From assembly GCF_009914755.1 (NCBI RefSeq), contig NC_060927.1: a stretch of 64,000 nucleotides of DNA. The stretch is one strand, 5' to 3'. The stretch comes from the human T2T-CHM13v2.0 reference genome, Homo sapiens. The notes beneath the pieces are model-generated. The model made no database searches and had not been told where the DNA came from. It saw only the letters and a list, made by a program, of their open reading frames with translations. Made by a program: the position numbers and the translations under genes. Every line of letters starts with the position of its first letter. The first letter of the stretch is position 1. Positions 29,891 to 44,396 of the stretch are shown in pieces.

Positions 29891-32102
29891 AATGTAAAGT
29901 TACTCACTATTTTATTTTTTGAAATTAATAAGTATCTTATAAGAAGCTACTTTGAGACAATGTAAGTACTGCATATTGCTTTTCCTTAAATGTTCATCAG
30001 TAATTTTAGCAGCCACCGATGTTTCCTTGCTGGAATAAAATTATTGTGATGATGACTGTCAAATGGTCATTTCCTACCTTCGTCATTTCTTCTATATTTT
30101 TTAGTTGACTTCTAATGAAACAAACAAACAAAAACCCCTTTTCTTTCTTCTTTCCTTTTCATTTAATCCCTTCCTTTCTTCTTTCCTGCTTTCTCCTTTA
30201 CTTTTTGCAGCAGATAAGTTCTTGAGGGAGCCATGAATCGTATAAAAAAGTGTCATATTATTTTACCTACTGGATTGATGGTGACTATTGTTTTCCTTGT
30301 CAGAAAATAATTATTAAAGAAAGTCAATATAGATACTCTCTTAACTGATCTTAATTTACCCAACTCCTTGGGTTGACATTTCCTATTCTCTCTGTAAAAC
30401 CTAATTATTAGCTCAAATTATGCTGAATACACTTGACTATTACATTAAGAGGGTCCCTATTGACTCTCTAGTTCTAGGGTACGTCTACTCTCTCAAAAGT
30501 TCTACACCAACTAAAAGTGATTTGTATTTATTTGTAAATCAGTTTATACAAAAGATTATTGTAGTTACAGAAAGTAAATATTTTTACTTGCTTTGATTAA
30601 ATATTAATATAAAAGATTGTTTCTATGTAAGTTAATCTGAATTCCTTTAAAATGCTTATTAAGTCTACTCAGTAAAGTTGATTGCTACTGAGTTAGTAAA
30701 GGGTGAGCCAAATATGAATGACTGAAAAATCATGGTAAAAATTGACTGGTCTACACTAAGATACCTTTGAAAGTGTCTTAGAATTCTGGCTCTATTGAAA
30801 CAAAAATAAACTGTGTATTTTTATAGAAGAAAGACAGTGCAGAATAGTAGACCCACACTTGGCCCTTGCCCCTACTTAAAAGATTGATAAATAAATAAAT
30901 GATATGATAATAATAACAAAATAATAAAATTCACCCTTAATTTATTTTAAATATATTCATCTTTTTTACAGATATGCTTCATCTTTTATTGACTTTTTTA
31001 CTTACACAACTAATTATTAATACCATCTCCTCAGATAAATGGACTTTGGTTATTTTGATAGCTTTCAGGACCTGAAACGTAAATCGATTCACACTGTAAA
31101 TTTGAAAGATAGATAATTCAACAATTTTAGGCCATCTACCATGTATCCAGGTTTTGGTGATGAGGGAGATACCAAATCACCATGAGAAAACTTCTGTGTA
31201 GACAAAGTAACTTTCTCATCTGAAAAGGCTAGACTAGTTCCTAGAGAACAATCAGGCAAGCCATGCTGCTTGGGAAAAAAAAAAAAAAAAGTGCAGCTTT
31301 AGAGAAGTCCACCACCTGATTCCTAGAGACTGAGAGAGAACTATGTGTAGGAAAGGACACTTGATCTTTCCTACCTCCTCCCACCTCAGCCTCTCAAAGT
31401 GGTGGGATTACTGGTGTCAACCACCATGTCTGGCCCCAACCTGAACTTCTTAATGTGGCTAAGGCACTGTATGATCTAACCACTCTTTAGATGTCCTACC
31501 CCCTGCATGTCTTTCACTCACGAAGGAACACAAAACCAGTGGCCTAGCCACATTTCAGACCCCTGAGGTGACTTCTGTTTATGTTCTTTCCTTTGCCTGA
31601 AATAATCTCACTTGCCTTTTGTCCAGCAAACTTTCTTAGTTTAAAAGTTACTTCCCCTAATTTCCTGACCATTAAAACTGAGTTCAGTGTCCCTACTACC
31701 CCTCTCCATAGTACTCTGGATCCTATAATCAAACATTCCATATGTATAATTGACCTTAAGCATCTTGTAGAAAATAATTTTTGTTGCTTATTGAGACCAT
31801 CGTACCTAGCGTAACTACTGGCCCAGTGTAGAAGCTCCGTATGTACTTGTTAAATAATTGATGAGCAGTTTCAGTGCCCTTAAATCAATCAACTTTTTTT
31901 TTTTATATTCATTTCCTCCTCAGGTATAACGTTTACAAATACATTTATGTGAATTATTTGAGTGAATCTGTCTTTATTCATAAAAACTGAAATAGATTTG
32001 CAAAAAAAATAATTTTGCGAGTAAATTATCTTCTGCTTGTGACTTGCAATAACGGGGAAAGAATTCAGGCAGTATGATTTAACAGAAATGTGCTTAGTAG
32101 GA

Positions 32103-32487
32103 GCCATGGTTTAAAGGTATGTGTGCCCCCAAATTCATTTGTTGGAAACTAAGACCCATTTTGACAGTATTCAGATATGGGGCCTTTAGGATGTGATTAA
32201 GTCATGAAGGCACCATTCTCATGAATTGGATTGGTGACCTTTTAAAAGGGCTCGGTTGGGTCCCTGTTGACCTTCTGCCTTCCGCCATGTGAGAATGCAG
32301 CAACAGGGTGCCATCTTAGAAACAGAGAGCAGCCCTCACTAGACACCAGAATCTGTTGGTGACTTGATCTTGGACTTCTCAGCTTCGTGAACTATAATTA
32401 ACAAATTTTAGTCCTTTATAATTACACTGTCCCTGTCTAAGGTGTTTTGGTATAGAAGCCCGAGTGGACCGGGTGGTAGACTAAGAT
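32103..32487 (+). mobile_element. MST/MLT1A-type MaLR solo LTR
   Basis: atggttt...cccccaaattcatttgttggaaact...ccgccatgtgagaatgcagc...ccctcactagacacca...gatcttggacttctcagc. Confidence 0.78.
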
Positions 32488-32775
32488 CTAATTAACTCTG
32501 TAAAGTCAATATAACCGAGAATTTCTCTAAGATATTTTCAGGTGGTTGCAGTCTATTGGCAATACCTGACTAAAGTTGAAATGTTTCCTAGCAACTAACT
32601 CCTTTGCTGAAATAAATAGGCCAATGTTTGTTCCCTATCACTGCCAGACAGAATAACCTCAATGTGTTAATGATGGAAAACCCCCAGAATCCACAGGCAG
32701 AAACAAATTGTACTTAGTAGGCAAGCAGATCAATTTTCCAAATCTATTCAGAATTCAATGTGGGTAGATTTATAA

Positions 32776-33331
<556 letters not shown>

Positions 33332-35417
33332 TAAAATAGCTTGCCACATTTTGACACTATAAAGCTAAGATTAAAAAAGGCTCTAACACAGAAGCCAGAG
33401 ACTCTGTTCCTCCCTGTGCCTTAATTTCCCTTAATCTACACTTCTGTGAGATGAGCATCATTCCCTAGCTTGGCATCTTGCATGGACTTTTTTTTTTTTT
33501 TTTTTTGAGGAGATAGTATTCTTGCTAGGGTTTAAATGGATTTTGCTTGCTATTCAAATCACAATACAGAAATTTACTTTAGGCCAAATATTCTTCACTG
33601 GCTTTGAGACACTTCTCTGTGTTCTGAAAACCATTGATCTTTACCAACACATAGCCCTTTTCATTTTTTACACTGGTTCTATTGCAGGAACCTGCTCAGG
33701 TCTCTGAACCTGCATTAGAACACTGAATCTTCATACTGACCTTATGAGGTAGATAACATAATCAATTGACAACGATACTATTGACAACTAAGGGAAATTA
33801 AGGCACAAGGAGGAACACACAGCTTGAAGGAGACAGTACCAGGTGCAGGAACATGGCCCTAGAAACTCAGGCGGTGTATGCTGGGCTAGAGACAGTAAAG
33901 GAGAGAGGCAGGACATGGAGGGAAACCCTGTACACTTTTCTGGCACTTTAAGCTCTAGGAGCACTTCATTGTGCCCAGAGACATTTTAAATCATTCCATT
34001 CTTAACTGATGGCAGCGATTCTCTACAGAGGCTTTTCTAGTTACCCTAAAGTTACAGTTGTTGTTTTTGAGCCCAAATGCAATTAAAGCTTCAGTACTTA
34101 TCCATAGAGTAGCTAGCTAACTTGATGCCGGGAGCCCAGACACTGACTTTCTGGCAATTTAATTGCCTGTGGCTGGTGCTTTTTGTTTTTTCCTCTCCCA
34201 GCCTTGTCTCTACTTTCACTTACACTCCCCTCACTCCTCAACCCTCCCCCAAGAGGTACATAGGAGAGGTACTGACATCCCTTAATCTTGTCTTCCTCCC
34301 CTCCCTCCCCTCCTTCTTCCTCCCTCCTTCTCCCCCTTCCTCACTGACCACCTACCTAGAACTTCCTTCCCAAGATCAAAAATATACCTCCATGCCCCAT
34401 CCATTGCAGCTTTTCCTCCTGAATATTTTCCCTAGTCAGGGACACGCAGTGACTTTCCATTCACTGTTATAACTCACATGGTAGAAATAAAAAAATATGC
34501 AACATTTCCTCAAATCTCATTGAGATTACAAATTAAACTTTGAAAAACAATTCCTGGTATTTTCTTAATTAAATATCGAATTTTTCATGTGTGATTATTT
34601 TCTGTATGTAATTATGTAATGAGAAGATATTTGTCTAGTATTTAAATAGGTTCTGCAGAAGATATGTGGGGTTTTGCTCAGATCTTCTTTGCAGAGTTGA
34701 AGAAAGAAATGTTTAGATCAGTTTAGTTTCATTTTGCTTAACCAAAGATCCAGAATCCTGTTGAGAGAGAGAGAAATAATGAAAGTAAAATTTAGCTGTC
34801 ACAGAGATAATGTCAGTACTCTAAGCCTTATTTTGGGTTAGTTTTGGCACATTATGGCCAGTTTGGAAATCCTATGCCCACCCTCTTCTGTAACTGGCAT
34901 AACAATGCCATTGGGATTCAGCTATGCAAGTACCTCCACTTTTCTTGGCATGCCATCTGTACCAAGCACATGCTCTGAGTTCCATGGGTACACCTCATCA
35001 CTGGAACTTGGCATCTGGTGAATTGTTTAGACTTGTGGGAGATCATCTAGACTTGACTTTTCCTGAAGATCTCCTGCATACTAATGTTCTCACCGCTTGC
35101 CATTTGGAGCTATTGAGGTCTAGGGCACTAACACCATGAGGAGAGCTGCTGTTACAAGAATTGTGCTGAATATGAAAGAGGGACTCTTCCACATGCCCTT
35201 ATTGCTTAAGCATACTTTTCCATTGCATGAAGAATATTGTGGGTTGTTCATGTCATCTTTCAACTCAATCTTCATTACAAAAGAGATTAACTAAATTCTT
35301 ATAAGCTTCTGACAGGTGGAAATCCTAGTTTCCAACACTGGTACAGATTTTACTACAAAGTGTCATGTACCTTTGCTCATTTTTAAAGGAGATTTGAAAG
35401 GAAAAGTCAGTTAAATA

Positions 35418-36268
35418 TGATGGAGACAGGAGGCAGAGAAATTCTAGGTAGAAAAGGGTGAGTCCCCAGTGAAAACCCTACCCTCAAGCTGAAATGCCTG
35501 AAACCCCGGCCCAAAGTGAGAATTTATATCCCTGTTTTCCTACTTGAATGTTGCCTTTTCCTAAACTGCCCATGGCCCGCCCTGCCTGCAATCCTGTGCC
35601 TATAAAGACCCAAGACTCAGTCAGAGAGGAGTGGAGACTATGGCTGGACATTGGAGAGAAGCAGCTTGACTTCAGAGGGACAGCTTGACAGTGTAACTTC
35701 AGAGAAGAATCCAGCTGGACAGGGCCAGACTTCAGGGGAAGATCACCTACCCCACTGTCCCCTTTTCAGCTCCCTTTCTCACTGAGAGCCACTTTCATCA
35801 GCAATAAAATCCCCCTCATTTACCATCCTTCAGTTTGTTTTTGTGACCACATTTTTCCTGGACACCGGACAAGAGCCTGGGAGCCATGAGTGCCGATATA
35901 AAAGGCTCTCACATTCGCCATTTGCCCTTGCTGGTGGAGGGCAGCTGTCCCACATGACAAGGCAAAGGGCCCACTGAGCTGTTAACACTTAAGCCGTCCA
36001 CAGACAGCAGAGCTAAAAGAGCACTGTTAACACATCTTCTGGGGCTTCAGGAATCGCAGGCAACCCCACCTGGATGCTACCACAGGGCCTGCACAGTTTG
36101 TTCCTGCCCATGCCAAAGCGGCCAGCCAGTTCCAGTGCTTGTACACTCCAGTTCCTGCCTTGTTTGCCTGTGCACTCCCTCCCAGGAGGAGTTGAGAATG
36201 GCAGGCTGAGTAAACAAGGCACCCCTGTCTCGAGTCCTGTGAAGGGGTCAGGGAAATATCCTGCTTCA
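35418..36268 (+). mobile_element. MER50/MER50B-like ERV1 solo LTR (851 bp)
   Basis: TGATGGAGACAGGAGGCAG...CCTGCTTCA; TATAAA 35601-35606; AATAAA 35803-35808; TSD AATA/AATG. Confidence 0.82.
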
Positions 36269-36344
36269 AATGTACCATCATTTAACTGAATGAGTGCTCA
36301 AAATACCATCTGAACACATTTCGTTTAAAAACAAAAATCAAATA

Positions 36345-37209
36345 TACAAAAAAATCAAGTTTTTATTTCAAATATTTGAATCTAATAGATCATTATTTAG
36401 GTTTATACTCTGTGAATATATATATGATATTGTATTTAATTAATATCTGAGTAATCTCAATTACCATTTTCTAGGAAGGATAGAGTGTAAGAGCTAAACA
36501 TTTCATGTAGAAATATTAACTTTCAAAAGTTATAATACCAGAGTTTTAGAGTGAAGGAGTATTTAAAATGTGTCTTTCTTTGGGAGAGAATCATTTTGTT
36601 CTTTACTAACAATAATTTGAAAATTGGTAATTTAATATCTTGTGAATATGAAAATATTATGGTATAGATTAGCTTCTAGGAGAAGTTAAGTGTAGCATGA
36701 TTTCTTGAAGATTAAAAAAACATTTAACTTTTTAAAGATAATATGCATATTGAATATTATTTGAACATAATAGTAAAGAAAATTATCTTTGAGCTTTTTT
36801 GAATATATGGCATTTGCAAAATAACATTAGCTCTTATGCATGAAATAAATTGTAACTAGATTTAATAGGACAAGATATAATTTATATAAAAATTAATAAG
36901 GCCTTAGTTAATATTTGGTAGTAAAATGGACAATGAATCAGAGATCATAATTCAAAGCAGTTTTTCAAAGGAAGTTTCATTAATAAATGCAAAAACTCAT
37001 ATGTCCTTTTTCTCAAATTGACAATGAGTATTAAAAAATGTACAAAAACCTTTATAAATCAGTTATACAGAAGATAAACTATAATTTGAAAAGCAAAAGT
37101 ATACAACCAGAGCTACAGGCCTTACAGCTTAATTCATACAGGTATGAGTTTAGATAGTCTCAATCAATATACAGACTTCAGATTTCCTGAGGAGACTTTC
37201 ACTAATCCA
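36345..37209 (-). other. PLSCR1: PLSCR1 3'UTR (AU-rich, ~0.86 kb; 3' end approximate)
   Basis: Lies between the stop codon (37210-37212) and the first canonical AATAAA I could find downstream. Confidence 0.8.
36362..36367 (-). terminator. PLSCR1: PLSCR1 poly(A) signal AATAAA; cleavage expected ~36340-36350
   Basis: TTTATT on + strand, followed on the minus strand by U/GU-rich sequence (TGATTTTTTTGTAT...GATTTTTGTTTTT). Confidence 0.8.
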
Positions 37210-37266
37210 CTACCACACTCCTGATTTTTGTTCCTGGCTGCCAGTGCTTTCAAAAAACATGAAGTC
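37210..37266 (-). CDS. PLSCR1: PLSCR1 exon 9 coding part: DFMFFESTGSQEQKSGVW*
   Basis: Acceptor ttgtttttatctAG|GAC; 57 nt to the TAG stop; phase 0. Confidence 0.98.
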   Translation of the reverse strand, partial: DFMFFESTGSQEQKSGVW

Positions 37267-38170
37267 CTAGATAAAAACAAAAGTATACAAATGAATTTTC
37301 AACAACAAAACAGAGATCAATTATCAGATGCAGAAATACTAAGGGATCTAGTGAAACACAGTAACAAATCTGTTAAAAAAATTAAATGTAATAAGTAAAT
37401 ATACAAAAGCTCTATAATTATATAAGTTCTGCCTTTGGCTTTCCATTTTAATAATAAATTCTATAATTCTATTCATTTATTGATACCTGTATGAATTTAA
37501 TTAATCTTCCAGTCATTTTCTCTAAATGTTACTTTTTCTCTATCCCCATAATTCTCATCTTTGGCTGCATACTGGAATCACCTGGAACACTATATGAACT
37601 TCGAAGTTTCTGATTTAGTTGAACTGAGGTATGGACTAGTCCTTGGGGTTTTTAAAGTCCCTAGGTGGTTCTAATGTGAAGGCAATTTCAGAATCACTGG
37701 TATATCCAATTATTTCCTGTAATTTGGTAGTTAGGTCTACACACTTGAGTGAATGTACACTCTTATTGTACTTCATACTCCTATATTAGATGGTTTAATT
37801 TAATTACTATGAGTCATGGTAAAGTTTCCTTGTTTCACTAAATTTTTTCCACATATGCCTACTTTCAACTTCTTCCTCAAAGCATCTAGGAGATGCCTGA
37901 TTTAAGGGGAGACTAAAATCTCTCCTTAGTACATCTCCTTAGTCCCCCTCTTGCCATGTGAATATTCATAGACTCTTCAGGTAGAAACTAGTCACCTGTG
38001 ACCCCAGAGTGTCAGGATCAAATAGAATTTCAGAGCTAGGATTAAATGGGAATCCTGATTTAAAATCTATAAATTTTAAAATGTCATTTTGAAATATACA
38101 CTTTACTGAATCATTTCAGAATGAACCTAGAGAAAGCATCTATAATCAAGATTAATAAGAACAGACTTAC

Positions 38171-38332
38171 AATGAGGAAACAGGCACCAATCATTACAGC
38201 TTTCATTTTAACATCAAGGTCTAAAGGGAACTGGATTCCAAAGTTATCAGCGTCTGTAAATGCCTCTCTCAAAATTCCAGTCCAGTGCTTGGAAATTTTG
38301 CCAACCACACACTGTTCATCAAGAGATTTAAT
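38171..38332 (-). CDS. PLSCR1: PLSCR1 exon 8: [54 protein letters not shown] (NLS, Ca2+-binding motif, C-terminal helix)
   Basis: 162 nt, AG/GTAAGT boundaries; matches ORF track 38111-38308. Confidence 0.98.
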
Positions 38333-41300
38333 CTAAATTGAAAAAAAAAAGTATTAAATACTTTTAGGAAACTTATAGCAAAAGTACTTTCAAATTTGAA
38401 GTAAGATGAAACAAATATGGTATTAAAATTATGCACCATATGTAACCCTCATTAGATAACTGGAGGCTCCTGTATCTATTTATAGATATATGAAAAAAAC
38501 TGTTTCATTGTACGGAGAAATTATATTTCAGAAAGTTTTCCTGAAATATTTAACAATTTCTATTTTATATTAATATAGACATTAATAAATTATTTGAATT
38601 GACCCAAAAGAAAATTTAAGCAAAAAAGGATATAAATATGAAATGTTTCTTTGATGACATTTCTAGAAGCCATCAGGAAGTTAATGAACAAAACTCCTAT
38701 TAGACTTCTGCTTTAGGAGAAGCACAGTTTACACAGACTGAAAGATTAAATATGATGAAAAGGCTTATTACTACCCACTGTGAGTTGCCAAACATGAAAT
38801 GCTAAGCACCTAGAAAAGATTAGCAGTTTGGAGTAAAGGCAAATACCAATAAGTAACTTGATGAAATGCCCCACGCCAAGGGTTGAGGTTGAGAGTGGAT
38901 AACTAGTGGGGTGTGAATAAAAGATGAAGAGTGTATGAACAAATGAGCTCCGAAGTAGAAGTTTCCTAATTTTACAATTCTGCCTGAGGAAAGCCCAGGG
39001 CCATCATATAGGGTTGAATGGACTTTGCTCAGACTAAGGCAACTCCTCTAGGAGGGCAGGTGGGGACTGAATGTAGCTGAAATTCACAAAACTATGTACA
39101 CATATAGTTGTATTAACAGAGGAGTGTCCTTTTCAGCTAAATAAATGTGGGGAATCTAAAAATACTTGACTCATTTTATTTGAGTACAAGTGGATAGTTT
39201 GTAAAATACTAGAAATAAACATCTAATATGAAGCTGATAGCATAATACTGTTCATCAAATATTCATTTCATTCCCTCTCCTTCTGTAGGGCCAGTATACT
39301 TCCTGTTCCTTCATAATTAGGCTTGGCCATGTTACTTGTTTGAACAACGGGTGTTAGCAGATATGACATGAGTAGTGTCCTTAAACTTGGCTAAGTGCTT
39401 TGGCCTGGCTTATGATCTTCAGTGACAAGCCACTAGAAAAGCATGACTCAGGTAGCTGCTGCTGCTACAGCCATAGAACAAATCTACCTGGAGCAGATTG
39501 AGGTTAACATGCGCCTAAGTCAGTGCTTAAATACATCCACTGAAACACAGTTGACCTACACACCCATAAGCATGAGTATAAACACTTATTGCAAGCTGCT
39601 GAGTTTTAGGGATTATGTGTAATGAAATACTACTGTGGTGAAATAAACTAATACAAATCCTTTCTTGTACATGTTAGTATTTTTCTGCTAATAGCTGTCA
39701 TTGAAGCATTTGAAGCTAGTAATGAAAACTCTTATGTTTTATTTTTTAATTCTGAAATTTAAAAAAATGAAAAATGCAGCTGACAACTTACTAGCCACCG
39801 TAAACTCAACACTATACAGATAAAGATATTAACATTTGCCCTTTTTGATTACTACAGCAAGAAATTTAACAAAGTAGAGAATACATTTTTTATGGCAAGG
39901 ATAAGAAATGCAAATAATGATCTTCAACCAATAAATTAGCAGGACTAGATAATTTTTAGCTAAATTGTAGACATTTTGGAATAGAAAATCACTATAATAA
40001 AATGTCAACATTTGGAAATAATAAATTGGTATTGTATAATGTTAAACTTTCAAATCCATGAGTGCAATACTAATTGGTAAAAGCATTCTAAAAAGAAAAC
40101 CATAGATTCATCTCACAATGCAAATATAAATGCAAAATACTGAAATATAATGACAGCATATAGGATCTAGGTATGTAGCAAAGAAATATAAAAAGTGTAT
40201 CATGAGTATATTAATAGTTGCTGGTAAGCTATTTTATTTACTTACTAATGATTTATTTATTTACTGTTATTACACCCAATTTTCATGTAAAAAAACTAAA
40301 GCAAAGAGAAGTGAAAGAATTTGTTAAAGTCACATAGATAAGTGTTGTGAAGATGGGTTTCAAACCTGGGCATCTGGCTCCAGTGTCTATACTCTTGACC
40401 ATTAGGATTGTCTGCTTTTTAAAAACATATTTATTGAATACTAATGAAAATCTAGTTGAGAGGGCAGGAAAAAAAATCTGTGGGCTATAGTTGACCATAT
40501 AAAATTTATCACTACTCAGGATCAGTTTCTATATTTTGAGATTCCTGAAACACAACAGTGGCAGGAATTCAGATTTCAAGCTCATAGACAGAGCTGACTT
40601 GGTATGTCAGTTTCATGTGGCCATATTTTTTCCCCCTACCAAGAGTCCTTGAAGGAGACAGACTCTCTTATCACCTATATTGGATAAAAGGTCTACTAGG
40701 CTCTCTCTTACTCACCATTAAGATAACCTTCTTAGAGATTCAATTACTGTCTGTTTGCTGAAAACTCTCCATTCTTTTCCTATACATAACTAAAATCCAA
40801 CATGACCTTAATTCAAGTCATTAACTTCCCATATATATTTTATATAATCAACTACAGCTCATTGATTATATTTTGCTGATCCCTGACCTAGATGTGTATT
40901 AGTATTTGATACCTTACTTTTTAAAAAGCAGACTATCATAATGGTCAAGAGGACACAAATCAAGTGTTTTTCCTCCAAGATTCTTAACTTGGCCAATGTA
41001 ATATCAGAATAATAACACATCAAGTTTATCTCCAAAATTTTTTTCATCCTCAATTGATATCAAATCCATGAATTAGTTCCACATAGTACACCTATGAAAT
41101 GCCTCTTGAGTTATTCTCTGTTTTAGAATGACTCCTGCCCCTGCTGTGGAACAGGCTTTTATCTCTTTTATTACTTCAAGTTTCCATGCCCAGTGACACC
41201 CTGGTGGATTTCATGTTCCTTAGTGGTCCCTCATACTGATAATTTCTGCTTTGAGGTGTCAAAGTTTCCATTGTCAACTCTATGGAAAATTCTTCAAGTG

Positions 41301-42708
41301 ACTATTTCTCAATTCTTTCCATGAGAGTACCTTGATATCATCATTCTAGATAAATAGAAGAAAAGTTAATTTATTACATGGAATGGATGCTTTAAGGTAT
41401 CCATCAAGAAAGACTGCCAGATGAAACATAAATTTTTTAGTATCAAATACAAGGATTACACAATGTTTTTCCAGTGTTTTCATTTATTTACTAAAAATAA
41501 AATATATGCCAGCCAAACTTCTGTTAATATTGTTCCTTGAATGAGAAATTACTTTTCACTTCTCTGGATGTAGGACAGAGATTCCATCCCTTACATGAAG
41601 AACTGCTATTATGCATACCCTTACATAAAATTTTTATACATGCATATTATGCACACATATACATACACACATTATATAATCCCCTTATAAGAGCCTTTTT
41701 AAAGTTTCTATATCACATCCTCCTTAGAACTGCAAATCTCTGTCATTAGATTATGAAGTCAATGGGGGAAAGGATTCATCTTTATATAGCTAAAGTCTGA
41801 CGGAGGAATAAAATACCATGTGATTAAAGAAGGCAGGCAGATCACATAAATGAATGACACTGGATATTGAAAAACCTCAGTAAGGGGTGGAGACAGTGGT
41901 AGAGTTCCCATGTCATTATTACAAGGGGCAGCCCCACACATCTTTAGTAGATTTTTACCCTTTTGTTGGAAAGGTGGGCCCAGTTAACCCAATTTTCTGA
42001 TTTTCCAAGAGAAACAAGAAATCAAGATTAAGTTATAAAACCTTCTGATTTTTAAACATTTGCAATGAAAAAATTTGGATTGTAAAAGTAGACCATCTGT
42101 TGTTGAAGAGCTACTCTAATGAAATTCTACAATGTATTACAGTAAATATACAAATATTAATATGTTGCAGCTTCTAGTGACCTAATTTAATATAGGGAAA
42201 AGGAGAGACCACAGAGAAGCATAACTGGGTAGTACATATTATACTAATTTTCTCAAAACTATCTTTGCATAATTGGGCTTCTTGTAGGAATTCAAAGATG
42301 TCAGACATTCTGAACATGGCCTTGAGCATTGGCAGATGATATTTCAGATTTAAGAAGGATCCATATGCTTTGGCAATCAGACTTAGATGGCAAGGTTAAC
42401 GTTCTGTTTAAAATGGATAATATACAGTGTCATCACATAGAAACCACCACGTTTAAGTGAGGGATGATTTGCTTATTTTTATTTGACTACATAGGTCTGC
42501 TTCTTTTTTTTCCATTTCTCATGACCAACAGTGACCTTTAATCAGAGTGATAACTACCACTCTGCCCAAAGTTAAATAAATGAGAAAATCATCTTGCTAT
42601 TGAGACATTGGCACACAACACTTATTTAATGCATTTATAATGTCCTGCAAAATTACATTCTTCTTATATTAGGAAAGCAAATCTTATAAACATTATGACA
42701 TCTCTTAC

Positions 42709-42870
42709 CTCAAAATCAACATCTCCACAACAGCTGCACACAACACATGGACCACTTATTTTTAGTACATCCTCTCTTTTCTCATTTTGAATTGTAAACT
42801 TTGGTAGACATGGGTGCCAAGTCTGAATAACATAACCTATTGGTACACCAGGAGGAGCTTGGATTTCTAT
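42709..42870 (-). CDS. PLSCR1: PLSCR1 exon 7: [54 protein letters not shown]
   Basis: 162 nt, ctttgtAG / GTAAGA boundaries, phase 0-0. Confidence 0.98.
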
Positions 42871-42997
42871 CTACAAAGGCAAAATAATATATGTAAATGT
42901 AATAATCATAATGCCTAGGTTCGATGAAAGGTTCAATGACAGGGCAGAAATTCTTGCTGAACTATTTTACAAAGTGCCCTGGTAATTGATCACAGAC

Positions 42998-43218
42998 CTC
43001 CTGAAGGCAGCAGGGACAACAACAGCTGCTACATCTTAGTGGTCTCTCCAGAGTTATGACTTCTTGACCCATATTATCAATAATCCTCAAGGTAAAAGGT
43101 CTAGATGGCCCACAGCAATTTCGGGTACAGCAATCAGTATCTTCCGCTGCAAAGTAAACCCTCTGTCCAAAGCTGTTCTTAATTTCATATTTGTTATTAG
43201 TTTCAAAACCTGTTAAAA
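42998..43218 (-). CDS. PLSCR1: PLSCR1 exon 6: (V)[13 protein letters not shown]...[12 protein letters not shown] (palmitoylated Cys cluster)
   Basis: 221 nt, tttttAG acceptor, GAG|GTCTGT donor; ORF track 42962-43249. Confidence 0.98.
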
Positions 43219-43428
43219 CTAAAAACATAAAAGACGAAATCATAATCACCTCTATGTTAAAAATATTGAATTTATCCAGATATTATAATATCTAGCTATG
43301 CCAGTTTTTGATGATACCCCAAGTGGCATAAGGAGGAGAAGAAATGATGTTTAGAGATGATCCAGACAGAGAAAAATGGCAAAAAAAAGGAGAGATTACC
43401 AATGTATAGAGAAATTAAGTCCTTATGC

Positions 43429-44396
43429 CGTGGGGAAAAGAGAGATCAGATTGTTACCATGTCTGTGTAGAAAGAAGTAGACATAAGAGACTCCATTTTG
43501 TTCTGTACTAAGAAAAATTTTTCTGCCTTGAGATGCTGTTAATCTGTAACCCTACCCCCCACCCTGTGCTCCCTGAAACATGTGCTGTGTCAATTTAGGG
43601 TTAAATGGATTAAGGGCTGTGCAGGATGTGCTTTGTTAAACAAATGCTTGAAGGCAGCATGCTTGTTAAGAGTCATCACCACTCCCTAATCTCAAGTACC
43701 CAGGGACACAAAACACTGTGGAAGGCCACAGGGACCTCTGCCTAGGAAAGCCAGGTATTGTCCAAGGTTTCTCCCCATGTGATAGTCTGAAATATGGCCT
43801 CCTGGGAAGGGAAAGACCTGACCGTCCACCAGTCCGACACCCGTAAAGGGTCTGCACTGAGGGGGATTAGTAAAAGAGGAAGGAACGCGTCTTTGCAGTT
43901 GAGATAAGAGGAAGGTATCTGTCTCCTGCTCGTCCCTGGGCAATGGAACGTCTAGGTGTAAAGCCCAATTGTATATTCCATCTACTGAGATAGGGGAAAA
44001 CTGCCTTAGGGCTGGAGGTGGGACGTGCTGGCAGCAATACTGCTCTTTAAGGCATTGAGATGTTTATGTATATGCACATCAAAAGCACAGCACCTTTTTC
44101 TTTACCTTTTTATGATGCAGAGACATTTGTTCACGTGTTTACATGCTGACCTTCTCCCCACTATTATCCTATTGTCCTGCCACATCCCCCTCTCCGGGAA
44201 ACGCCCGATAATGATCAATAAATACTAAGGGAACTCAGAGGCCGGTGCTGGCGCGGGTCCTCCGTATGCTGAATGCCAGTCCCCTGGGCCCATTTTTCTT
44301 TCTCTATACTTTGTCTCTGTGTCTTTTCTTTTCCAAGTCTCTCGTTCCGCCTAACAAGAAACACCCACAAGTGTGGAGGGGCAACCCATCCCTTCA
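43429..44396 (+). mobile_element. HERV-K(HML-2) solo LTR (LTR5A/B-like), 968 bp, antisense within PLSCR1 intron 5
   Basis: (C)GTGGGGAAAAGAGAGATCAGATTGTTAC...GGGGCAACCCATCCCTTCA; TSD TTATGC/TTATGT (5 of 6); AATAAA ~44217. Confidence 0.95.

Noticed and set aside
34122-34472. 116-aa ORF with a signal-peptide-like hydrophobic start
   Set aside because: Low-complexity CT-rich sequence produces the L/P/S/F bias; no recognisable domain or supporting splice structure.
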